Assembly: GCA_050575255.1 (NCBI GenBank)
Contig: JBNZDD010013660.1
Coordinates: forward strand, 3,070,594-3,134,593
DNA: 64,000 nt
Reading direction: 5' to 3'
Source of the DNA: Harriotta raleighana
Lineage: Eukaryota
A program made the position numbers and the translations under genes. Shown here piece by piece: positions 52,667 through 64,000 of the stretch; position 1 is the first letter of the stretch, and the number at the start of each line of letters is the position of its first letter. The notes under the pieces were generated by a model, which worked only from the letters and a program-made list of their open reading frames with translations, was not told the origin of the DNA and searched no databases.

Positions 52667-53056
52667 CAGTAAAACCTTGTTTATCCGTGACCCGATCAAC
52701 CGTGACTCGATTCAATTGCTCGACCCCCTCCCGGGACAAGACCCCATTCCAGAATTGCGAGTTTGCTCACTTTGCGTACGCGTGCAATGCATGTGCACTT
52801 AGTAAACTTACGCACTTAGGCTTTTTACCGATCAGTAAAAAATGCAGTGTTACCGATTTTTCCCCTGACTCTGCTAGAATGCTTTGTTGGTAAGTGTCCA
52901 TACAATATTCTGTTACTATGTAGTATATTATTAACATGGTATGTTTTAAAATGAGTTACATTTTTATGTTGGGTTTTTGGCAACTTCTCCCTCGTTAATC
53001 CGGCATTGTCAATTAGTCAACCCCCCCGAGGGTGCTGGATAAACAAGGTTTTACTA
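52667..53056. mobile_element. Tigger-like MITE inserted in a SINE tail
   Basis: TA|CAGTAAAACCTTGTTTATCC ... GGATAAACAAGGTTTTACTA|TA; SINE tail continues on both sides. Confidence 0.88.
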
Positions 53057-54989
53057 TAGTAAGAAGATGCCTTATTGCATCTTCAAGACATTTCTAAGTG
53101 CTTCACAGGTTATACTGTAATTGAGTGAATGTATATTTTCTAGGTGAAATATATAAATGCTAGGTGAAATGTATGCGTTCTTTAATGGTTAAAAGTACTA
53201 TGAATTGTACCATTAAGACATCAATGATTGAAGGATTGCGAAGCTGTGTCCAGCCGTGCTGTGTAATTTCAGCATTGTCTGCTGACTGCTTTAGCAATAC
53301 TTGTATCTCTTTGTACAAATGTCCACCATTGCTGAAAGCAATTTCTATTCTTTTGTATTTCTCTGCTCCCAAGGTTCAAAACATCAAAAGAGCAAAGGCA
53401 AGGAATGTGATTCATTGTAGGAAATGTACAAAGGGAACATTGCTTAGTTTGCAGCTGGTTGAATCCGTGTTCCAAAGAAAAATGCTGGATGTACACAGAA
53501 AGTATCTCAGTCTCCGTTAGCGATTTGCAGGTGACCTTCATCAGAAATGGAACAATTGGTTTGAAGGAGGCTTTTATAGGTTTTAGGAGTAATAAAAAAG
53601 ACCATTCACCACAAGTTAATGACACTTATTCAGCGCCTTTCATGTAGAATAAATGCCCCAACATTCAGAAAGATTATGGAGAATGCCAACCAGAGAAGAG
53701 ATTTGATGGTTTTAATCAACTACAGTCAAAGAAATACATTTTTTAAATGACTTTGAAGGCTATGAAAGATGCCGGTTGAAGGGATTTCATAACTGCACAT
53801 TATTTTGAGATAGAAAAAAGATGTGTTGATCACTGACAACAACAACAACATTGATTTATATAGGTCCCTCCATGCCAGACGGCGTCTCAGAGTGCTTCAC
53901 AATAACGGATCCCGGGACTGAGCAGGGGCAGGGGTAGAAAGGTGAATAAAGGCGCGGTTGAAGAAAAAAGTCTTTAGCTGAGACCTGAAATTGGGAAGAG
54001 AGGGGGCGAGGAGAAGGGAGTGAGGAAGGGAGTTCGAAAGCCTCAGTGGGGTAGTGGCTGAAGGCACGGCTGCTTAATGATTGCTTGTGAAATATTGCTG
54101 TGTGCAATTGGCTGCTGTCTTTTTCTGCAAATACACAGTCTGAAAATGCGAATGGTACATAAAGTTGTGGAGAAGGAACCAATAAGGATGTTTGAAAGAA
54201 AAATATCCACATACCTGAGATAATTTAAGGTATGGGGAGAGGGAGAAAGGATTGGTCTTAAAAATTACCAAAATCTAATAAACAGATGAAACAGACTCAA
54301 TGGGATGAACGACCATCTGTTTATTAATGGTTTCCTATATTCCCCATAATATCGTAAATTAGGTCAAGTATTTGTAATTTTATGTGGGGCCCATGGTACA
54401 GTACTAGAACACATGATGTACCAAACCCTTTACTGGGATCATGCTATATAGGCTGAGGTTAGTGTTGGTGCTAAGCCATTTTCTGGTTTAAAATGGATTT
54501 TAAACCAGAAAATGGCNACCCTTTACTGGGATCATGCTATATAGGCTGAGGTTAGTGTTGGTGCTAATCCATTTTAAACCAGAAAATGGTTTAAAGACAT
54601 ATTAGCTCTTTATCTGTGACCACAAAATATGCAGTCAATTCACTTACAATCTATTCTGTGAAGCGCTTTGAAATGTCCCAAAAATGTGATAATATACTAT
54701 GTCAAATGCTAGGATTATTATAATTATTATTACAAATAATGCTTCCATCAGTCATGTGTTCATTTTATCTATTTAAAAACTAATCTTATCTTTATCTAAA
54801 AACTGAGCAGCGATTTTTGAATCTCCTAAAATATTGTAAATTATTGAGGAAAATCTGACTGGACTGATTATTCTTGACAGGCTGTAGTACAACTCAAGCC
54901 GTAAATAGACTGAAGCTGAGATCAGCATCTTTCTGTCATGCTGGACAATCTATTTATAGTAAGTGTATATATATTGTTACAATATCGCC

Positions 54990-56880
54990 TACGTGCAGGT
55001 TCGAGGATCTGAAGGCCTGCCTGATCAGTCTTGATGAAGAGAAAGCCTTTGGTGTCTCACAGATACATGATGAGGTACATTCCAAAATGGGTTTTCGGGA
55101 GGGAATACGCAGGCTGCTCTACCCAGACATCTGTAGCACAGGAACAATAAATGGGTACGAGACTGAGACGTTCCCCATCAGGTCGGAAGTAAGGTAGAGA
55201 TGTCCTCTATACCCCATCCTGTTTGTGTGTGGCATGGAACCCATTGCACAGGGACAAGAACATCAGAGGGCAGGCATGGCTCACAAGCCAAGACCTCGCT
55301 GCATATGGACAATCTCATCTTCTTTTGCCCAGACCAAAAATCAATGTTACTGTACGTGACCCAGGTCTGGCTTTTGACCAACAACAACATTACTACAGGC
55401 ACCAGAGAAGTCTTCCAAATGATCTGGGAGTCCAAGATGGATCATGTCGGCAGAGGCATGATGCAAAAAATCTCAGAAATCGGGGGAATAGGTGTCCCCA
55501 ATATAGCCCTGATCCTCATTGCCACCTTTCGGTGAAACTGCCTTAGACTATGCCTGCAGCCCTGCTACCCCGGCAACAAATGCCGTGATCTGCTGGGTTT
55601 CTGCCTGTACCTGGTGATAAGAAGGGTGGGTCTGGCAGAAATGCCTCGAAGCATTCCAAATAGTCGGAGTGTGCCGAAACACCTGCCCTATGCCGAGAAA
55701 TTCCTGAAGAACATTATCTTAGATCCCCGCGGAATGGTCCTCGCGATAGATAGTCAAAACAGCTTGAAAGGGGGAGAGAGCAGACCTGATTGCGAGTGAC
55801 CCTATGTCTGGCAAAATGCATCGTCACTGGCTTTGACCAACAACCACCAGGACACGGGCTGGCAATAAAAGCGGCCCTCCCCCTCAGTGCTTTCATGTAT
55901 GCAGAAGCGTGGTTTGTACCAGTCAGCAAGCTGCACTCGGGCCTGCTGCAGAGGNCGTCACTGGCTTTGACCAACAACCACCAGGACACGGGCTGGCAAT
56001 AAAAGTGGCCCTCCCCCTCAGTGCTTTCATGCAGAAGCGTGGTTTGTACCAGTCAGCACGCTGCACTCGGGCCTGCTGCAGAGACTAGGAGACCGTGGAC
56101 CACCTCTTCCTGGAGAGTTGTATGCAAAGGCGGTTTGGAAAATGGTGGAATGGATACTCTTGTGGATCATCCCTGAGAACGCGCTGTCATGTCACTCGGT
56201 GCTGTACTGCCTCTTCCCGGGCCCTTACAGCGAAACCCACATCGAGTGCGGCTGTGGATCATAAACAAGGTACAAGTGCCATAGTTCAAACTGGGTACAA
56301 GCCCTTTGGCTCCTGAACCAGGTGTATTTCTGGCAGAGCGAGGGGACGGTGAGAGGCCTGTGGACGTTAGGATCAGGGACTTTGTACTAAGGAACAAGCT
56401 GAAGTTCAGCTCAACCGTGGCAAAGGCCAGATGGACCTGACCCCGGTAGGAGATGCTTCTACACAAACTGCTCAGGGCGCATCCTCCTTGTAGCCCATGG
56501 GCACACCCAAACTTGACTGAAACAAACGTGAGGTTACAGAAGGACGCTCGAGATGTAACCAAAGAGAGTCCCGAAAATGTTAAACACTTGCACGTACAAT
56601 GCATATCGGGGCGGCTTCTGTAAGCGGCACATGTGTCTTATCAGGGTGTCTGAGAGGGCGCAAATAGGTGTGGCGTATACAGGGGCAACTCCCGACTGTT
56701 TTAAAGGTTGTCCTAGTAAACTGTGTGTACAACTCGTGTGCAGTGAAGGAATGTAGCATAAACAACAGATTGGTTTTGCATCGGGAGAAACAGAAAAATG
56801 TAACAGGAAATATTGTACATAGTTTTTGTTTGGGATTTCTGTGTTCTAAATATTATATTTATAAATGTATATATATTCAG
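54990..56880 (+). mobile_element. Degenerate Tx1/L1-clade non-LTR retrotransposon (RT, C-terminal zinc knuckle, 3' UTR)
   Basis: LISLDEEKAF; FPIRSEVR*RCPLYPILF (QGCPLSP motif); YMDN (YxDD); GGIGVPN; ETVDHLFLE; multiple frameshifts. Confidence 0.85.
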
Positions 56881-57247
56881 GAACAAAATCTCTTGCTGAT
56901 TTATCACTTGATCAATCCAGGACATGTAGGATAGTTTAGCCTAAATTAAGGGTACAGTCTTAAGTGTCCCTAGACTGAAATCAACCAATTAAGTACAAAC
57001 CAGGGATTTAAGCTTCATTAAACAACATAATAATAATAATCCTTGTATTTGATATAGTTTCTTATCATGTCTTCTCAACGTCTCAAAACGCTTCGTAGAA
57101 TATAGTGTAAAGTAAATTGACTGTATGTTTTACTGTATGTGGGTGAAATATGACAACAGTTATTGTATAAAAGGAGTTGGAAGTATCAATTATAATAAAG
57201 ATATAATCAGCCCAAGATAGAGATAGAGAAATAAGCAACAAAATTAA

Positions 57248-57840
57248 AATAAAATTTACAGTTTTTGAAAAACTACAAAATACAGTTACCCACCAATGGA
57301 TTTTAAACCATGCATTAATACAATAATAGCTAAGGATTTATGTTTCCTGCTGTTAATAATATTTGTAATCCACAGTACCAGTACTTCAGCATGCGTTTTT
57401 TTTAACACAACATATATCCCAAATTAAACCAGAAATGATTCAGTTGATAAAGAATAACTTCAGAACGATTAAATATGACATTGTTAGTCAATCAATAGGT
57501 GTTTGAGACTGTTTTTATTCCCTTAATTGAAGCTTAATTACATCCAATCTACCTGCCACTGATGTATTTGCCATTCAAATATCTCACTTACAGGCGCAAT
57601 TAAGGTAGAGATTTATCGTTTAATCGAGGAGAAATAATCTTATTCGCAACAATGCATTTTGATATCCAAAGCATAAGGTACAAGTTTACTTATTTTCATT
57701 CTGGCGTGTAAGCCACTGCTGTACCTGTATTTCGACCACAACAAACATGGTCAATTCACCTTACAGTTTACACTGTGAAGCGTCTTGAGACAGCTCGATG
57801 ATGTCATAAGGCACTATATCAAAGGCAAGAATTATTATTA
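57248..57840. repeat. Right arm of the inverted repeat (reverse complement of 51421-52059)
   Basis: See left arm. Confidence 0.85.
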
Positions 57841-58289
57841 TTAGTACTTGTTTGGATCTTTGCCAATTTGCGAAAAAAGATTGAGACAAACATTTCTAGA
57901 AAAAAAATTGCTGTGTTTTGAAATGATTATTTGAATAAAGCGATCTCTTTTTCAAAAACACAAGAATTAAAATAGCTGTTGTAAAAAAATTCCTGAATAT
58001 CTTTATGAAATGAAACCAATTATTAATTTCAACCTATTTGATCAGTTTGCACTCTGTGCTGTGACATGTAAATTAGACGAATAGACATGTGCAATGCAGA
58101 TTTACATCAATAGACAATTTCAAAGTTGCGACTCAATCAAAAGGTACAACTCATCATCAACTACAAGCTGTAGCTTAATATCATTGCCATCTGAATCCTT
58201 CTTGACCTGTGGTAAACCCCTACCTCTATTTTTGGTAATCAATATTGACAAGAGGTTATTAAAATATCATTATGTGTGTCAACCTGATG

Positions 58290-58770
58290 CAGTGATAGCA
58301 CTTTCGCCTCGAAGTCAGAAGGTTGTGGGTTCAAGCCCCACATTGTGATTTGGTATCACTTAGGTAAAGCAGACACTCCAATGCAGTCTGGGGTGGGGGG
58401 TGTTGTATTGTCCAAGATGTCATGATCTGGATGAGACATTAAACCAAGATCATGTGTGCCTGATCAAGTGGATGTTAACGATCCCACAACACTATTTGAA
58501 AAGAGAAGGGAGTTTCTCCAGAATCAAGAGACCTTAACGTCACCCATTTACAACATTGTCCTGGCCAATAAATCCCCAAATAAAATTGGTGACTCACTCA
58601 ATGGCCATTTGTGGGACATTGCTGCATGTAAAAACTCTGCTGTGGTTCATTCACAAAATACACATCGATCCACTTTATAGTGTATCCAATGAGGTTTGTA
58701 CAGCTTTAAGATGTCTCAACGATGTAATGAGGTGCTATATCAAATGCAAGGAATTATTACTATTATTATC
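58290..58770 (+). mobile_element. Older tRNA-headed Deu-type SINE (GGTTGTGGGTTCAAGCCCCAC head family)
   Basis: B-box-like head shared with copies at about 9420, 18330 (-), 38280 (-), 40780 (-) and 45640 (-); Deu core GGGACATTGCTG and L2-like tail. Confidence 0.78.
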
Positions 58771-59964
58771 CTGGGTGAGTGTCCATATCAACATCCTGGC
58801 TTATCCCCATTGACACCTTCCCCTTTGGTGAGGTTGCCCCACTTCGGTAAACATTCACCCTACCCCTAGCCCTGATCACCCCAATGTCATTGCTCTGATT
58901 TCCAAATCCCCCTCTTAGTCTGAACCTTTATTCCTCTGGATCCTTCTCCCTTTGAACAATTTCTTCTCTACCATCACTTTCACCTCTCTGTTAATAACCC
59001 CATCACCTATCACCTTCCCGATGCCATTTGTGCTAAAAATTCCTCTCACCTATCTTTCCTCAGCTTCTTCTCAGAGAGCATTGTCATCTTTGGCAATGTA
59101 ACCTCTCTTCATTCCTGCTTATTCTATCTCCTCAAACATCTCTGTTCTCCTCTTCAAACCTACTTCCACATCGATAGCCTCTCTCTTGAGTTTGTCATCC
59201 AAGTTTACTCCATCGCCTTGAGTTTCATTTCTGATAAGGGCTATTTCCTTATCGACCTCACTCTGCATACCCTTTACCATCTTCTTTGGGACGTCCCCCC
59301 AACGTGAAAGGCGCTATACAAGTGTAATTTTGTTGTTCTGCTCTTCCAGAAAAACAGTGCTTCATTCTCTCCTAAATGTACCCCACTCCACCTCACTAAA
59401 GATGTAGTGAACTTCAGTTACTATGCATCTAATCTCTGGAATGCTTTCACTCAGGCCCTCCATCTCACCCACTCTCCATATATGGCTTTAAATCCTGCCT
59501 AAACATTTACTTCTTTGCCCGCATCTCTGCTCACCTCTCCCTTCCCCTCTGCTCACAGCCCGAAATCTGTTCGCATGAAGAGCACTGAGTTATTATCCTA
59601 TGTGAAAACCTCTTTATTAAATACAATTGCAAGTTGTTGTTGTTGTGCAGGAAGTGACATTGACAGTGACTCCATGATTTAGACATTTTTTTTTANTGTT
59701 GTTGTGCAGGAAGTGACATTGACAGTGACTCCATGATTNAGACATTTTTTTTTAATTACACATGCTTTATGGTGGGCTGGAATTTTGTGGACCCCAAATA
59801 CTACCATATAACAGGTTCTACTGGATCATATTTCTCAATCCCCCATCAAACAACAGGCTTACATCGCATAGGAATATAGCTATTTTATCGCTGCTAAACG
59901 GACTCCAGAATCAAGAGACCTTAACGTCACAGGTGCCATTTACAACAGAACATCTTTTCAGTAC

Positions 59965-59983
59965 CTGACATACTGCTCGACAT
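59965..59983 (-). CDS. THRB: THRB start-codon exon, coding part MSSSMS(G); whole exon 60026-59965
   Basis: tttttccttacag| acceptor; ATG TCG AGC AGT ATG TCA G|gtactg; phase 1 fits the GYIPSY exon; resembles amphibian TRbeta MPSSMSG (recalled). Total spliced CDS 1125 nt = 374 aa plus stop. Confidence 0.9.
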
Positions 59984-61869
59984 TATGGATCTGTGAGCAT
60001 TCTGCTGCTTGTATTTGCCACACCACCTGTAAGGAAAAATTAGCCCATTATTATTGAATTCATTACTCTGTGTTCTCCTTTACGTTTGTACGGCTTAAGG
60101 AAAATTACTGTAAATGCTGAGTGTAAAAACTGTGCCTGAGTGTGCTGTGCTGAATCAACTCATGGGCAGTTTTTACTTCTCAAGGATAGAAATTGAGTTC
60201 AAATTGTTATGCAACTTGTTGTGGTTCTAATGTTACAACCGGAGAATAATATAATACTGTACTGAAGATTCACTGGATCTTTGACAATAGCAGTCTGCAG
60301 TAATGACAATATAATGGACAATCTAGCTTCTTTACCTTGGAAGCTGGTATTTGTGGGGTTAAAACTATCGCATAATATTCAGTGTGACCCCAGTATGATA
60401 CAAGTAAGTGTACAGTACAGAGACAATTAAAGCTGACAGTGCAGTTAATTGGACATCAAACAAATCACAAATTTTGTTATATCAAGAGTTATGTGGTAAT
60501 TTTCACTGTTAACACCATATAAAAGTCTTAGGAATATTAAAAAAAATGTACTTTGCTGTAGCAGAACATTGTATGAACTTCCGAACGTCTGAACAAGATT
60601 ATTGAAAGAAGTGATTTGCATTCTTAATAACCTTGTGCACATAACTTTGTACAATTACATAACCAGTCAGCATCACAGTTCAGTGAACAATTGATACATT
60701 GGCACTCAATGCAGATAAACAGACATGTGGATAACCAGTGTTTCACCCTGATCACCCAGGAAAAATTGGGTCAGTGGTCACATCATCATGATCTCTGTTA
60801 ATGCGTGGAGTCTCATAAACAATAACAACAACACCCACAAAATTACATTTATAAAGCACCCTTCACATCGGGAGGACATCGCAACCAAATTATAAACCCC
60901 CAAAGGGTTGAATTGCTCTACTTGTGTTCTACTTAAGTGATCCGGGCTGCTAGCTCATGTGAAGGGCGCTGATGTAAATGCAAATTGTTGTTCTGCCAGA
61001 TTTGATGACAGAAAATCATGAGTCTGATCACTTTATGCCTAAGGGATAGCATGGAGAATCAGCATCAGTAGGTCAGTTCTTTTTTTGCAGGATTTTAGTG
61101 CTAGATTTGCATTAATCGAACCAGTTAAAATTAAAATTAAAATAAATAATCTTAAGTCTTGTGATACAATATGTCTTCAAGTAGCACACCACAGAAGCAC
61201 TTTGTTTTATACAGTATTCATGTCAGGTTCAAATAGCACCACAAAGGAAACCTCCACAAGAAATAGATTACAACAGAGGTTGAAAAAAGCAACCATGTAT
61301 CAAGCTTAACGGAGCCTGAAATGAGTGTGAAATACTAATTCATTTTTTCATGGTTTACTTGATTCCTCAAATTGGATTGCTGCCTGATATTCACTTTGCA
61401 AAACCTATTTTCCAGTAATGCTACGTGTGATATATTTTCTGCAATTTGCACATGGTAAAAATATAATTCATTGAGACTGGTTTGATGAGATTTATAGGTG
61501 AAGCAAGGCTCCAAATACCCAGATTTCACTTTGGGGCCAACAACGTTGTGTGGTTCTCTGCAGTGTCCATATTTTCTGCTTTAATTCTCCTGCATTGTGA
61601 TGAATCAACATATCCTTAAAAACACATGGTGTATATGATCCAGCTGTTGATGTGCCAACAACCCCCCAGATAACATTGGTCATTCACTTTGTTTGAGGGA
61701 TGTTGTGGGCTAAATTATGCATCTCAACGGTTCGCCTGCTGAACATTTTCTTCAAGGATAAGGTTGCAAATTCCACAGTTAATAAGGTGTCAGCCTGGCT
61801 CAATTTGTAGGATTCATTTGGGACATCTAGGCTAATACTGCAATGCAGTGTTGAATCACTACCCTTAAG

Positions 61870-62055
61870 GGTGGTTATTGTAGCTCAGTGGTTAGAGCAC
61901 TCGCCTCGCAAGAGAGATACCTGGGTTATATTACCAGCAGGGCGAAATGTTGGGCAAGTTTCTTTACTCCACACGCCTCTGTTTACCAAGCAGTAAGTAG
62001 GAACCCGACTGTTAGTTTACTGGTGTATTGCTTTTCTAGGAATAATAATCTTTAA
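61870..62055 (+). mobile_element. SINE 5' half with tRNA-derived head
   Basis: TGTAGCTCAGTGGTTAGAGCACTCGCCTC followed by the same body as the 34665 copy. Confidence 0.85.
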
Positions 62056-62099
62056 AAAAATTATTATTAACAATAATAATTCTTGCAACGGACACAGTA

Positions 62100-62713
62100 C
62101 AGTTAACTCTCGTCGATCGCGGGGGTTAGGTTCCTGGAAAACTGCGCACTCAACGAAATTGGATTGGAGAAGCTTAAGAAGTACAGTAAAACCTTGTTTA
62201 TCCGGCACGCTCGAGGGGGTTGACTAATTGACTCTGACGAATAAACTGGGGACAAGTCGCCGAAAACCCAACATAAAAAATTAACTTATTTTAAAACATA
62301 TCATGTTAATAATAGACTACATAGTAACAGAATACTGTGTGGATACTTACCAAGAAAGCATTCCAGCACAGTCGGGAAAAAATTGGTAAAACAGCATTTT
62401 TTACTGATTGGTAAAGTTATAATATTTACCCAAGAATGCATTGCACGCGGGGCCAGCCAGCCGAGGAATCGTTGGCTTTAGTCAGGATCTGCCGGGCCTC
62501 GTCAAAAGTGCTCATGCGCATGGGACCAGCCAGCTGAGGAATCATCGGATTTAGTCGGAAGTTATCGGCATCCTCATCTGTGTGCATGCGCGCGGGGGTC
62601 AGCCAGCGTGTATACACAAGTTTTGCGCGCGCTGCCCAAAAATTGATGCTTTTATTTCGTCGCATATACTTGAATTCGCAATCGATAAAGTCGCGTTCAA
62701 CGAGGATTAACTG
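62100..62713. mobile_element. Tigger-like MITE containing a nested truncated MITE (62184 to about 62415)
   Basis: TA|CAGTTAACTCTCGTCGA ... TCAACGAGGATTAACTG|TA; inner TA|CAGTAAAACCTTGTTTATCCGG. Confidence 0.85.
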
Positions 62714-63344
62714 TACATTACACTTCAGGAAAATGTCTCAAAGACCCTCACAGGATATACTGTAAAGTATAGCTGCAGAGCAATTTGCAGATGAACACAG
62801 CTGTCAATTTGCACACAGCAATGCCCCACAAACAGTCACAAAAAAATAATTAAAAGAAATAATCAAACTTATTTGAAGGATTGTTGGTCAGGAAAATGGG
62901 AGAAACCCCCTTTTTTCATGAATAGTGCCATGGGATCTTTAACATCCACATGAACAGTGAGATGAAAACTCAGTTTATCTTCTCAACTGAAGGATGGTAC
63001 CCCGCACGTTGCAGTACTCCCCTGTATATTTTTTAACCTTTACTTCTTCTTCCCTCCCTCCCTTCCCCCCTTCCCTCTTACCATGTTGTGCCCACAAATA
63101 TACAGTCAATTTTTCCTACTTTCCTTCCCCCAACCCCTCCCCCCACTCTCTGATCCCTACTTGACTGTACAGCGCCTTAGGACGTCCTCCCATCGTGAAA
63201 GGCGGTATATAAATGTAATATTGATTGATTGATTAATTGATTGAATCCACTTGTTGATTTGATTTAATTCCAACAATTATTAAATACAAGAATACATGTA
63301 CATTGGAATATTAATCTTAACCATACAAATTCAATGTCCACCAC

Positions 63345-63965
63345 TAATAATAATCTTTGCATTTGATACAAATGAGATGTCTCGAACCACTTCACAGAAT
63401 ATACTGAAACGTGAAATGACTGTAGATTTTGTGGGCTAAACGCAACAGTCAATTACACACAGCAGTGTCCCACAAACAATCATGAATTGAGTGACCAAAT
63501 TATTATAATTTTTTTTGAATGGATTTATTATTACAGGAAAAGTGATCTATCAATTGAGTAACAACGTATNCAAACAATCATGAATTGAGTGACCAAATTA
63601 TTATAATTTTTTTTGAATGGGTTTATTATTACAGGAAAAGTGATCTACCAATTGAGTAACAACTCGTCTTACAAGCGTGAGACCTGTGTTTGAATCCAGG
63701 CAGGTCAGAGCGAAACCTTGGGGAAGTTTCCTTACTCGACATGCCTAATAATAATCCATCCAAAAAAATCCACAATAATAAAATTGGTCATTTAAATCCA
63801 CGACTGTTTGTGGGACATTGTTGTGAGCAATTGGCTGCCACGTTTCGCCCACAAATATATACAGTCAATTCACTTTACAGTATATTCTGTGAAGCGTTTT
63901 GAGACATGGATAAAATGTGAAAAGCACTATATCAAATGCAAGGATTATTTTTATTATTATATTAT
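63345..63965. mobile_element. Two SINE copies in opposite orientation (63345-63660 on -, 63665-63965 on +)
   Basis: Deu core and L2-like tail present in both orientations. Confidence 0.8.
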
Positions 63966-64000
63966 TATATATATAACAACCTATTTACTGCTGGGTAAAC

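Noticed and set aside
60763-60773. Isolated RORE matches in THRB introns (60763-60773, 54356-54366) suggesting Rev-erb control of its neighbour
   Set aside because: A degenerate 11-mer is expected about once or more per window by chance in AT-rich DNA; no supporting cluster.
61870-61945. tRNA-like sequences (also 34665, 30435 on -, 58300)
   Set aside because: No complete cloverleaf; they continue into SINE bodies.

Overview
Eukaryotic (jawed-vertebrate) draft-assembly window, not prokaryotic. Its repeats (tRNA-headed Deu-type SINEs with L2-like tails, L2, CR1, Tx1/L1, Tigger-like MITEs) and compact introns suggest a cartilaginous fish, possibly a chimaera; this is inference. Two nuclear-receptor genes lie tail-to-tail. 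NR1D2 (Rev-erb beta) is on the + strand: coding exons 2-8 at 4268-10513, preceded by a GC-rich E-box/RORE/CCAAT cluster at about 1275-1610; its short first coding exon was not found. THRB (thyroid hormone receptor beta) is on the - strand: seven coding exons from 59983 to 29551 splice in frame to a 374-aa receptor starting MSSSMSGYIPSY. The main observation, missed by the ORF track, is a recognisable TRbeta2-specific N-terminal exon (47290-46982, -) carrying two in-frame stops and a net frameshift, while its TATA box, a CRX/OTX-type site and its splice donor remain. This looks like isoform-specific loss of the cone-patterning TRbeta2 receptor inside an otherwise intact gene. A second, weaker candidate dead exon resembling the TRbeta1 A/B exon lies at about 49317-49544. 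Several single-N positions flanked by duplicated sequence are assembly artefacts.
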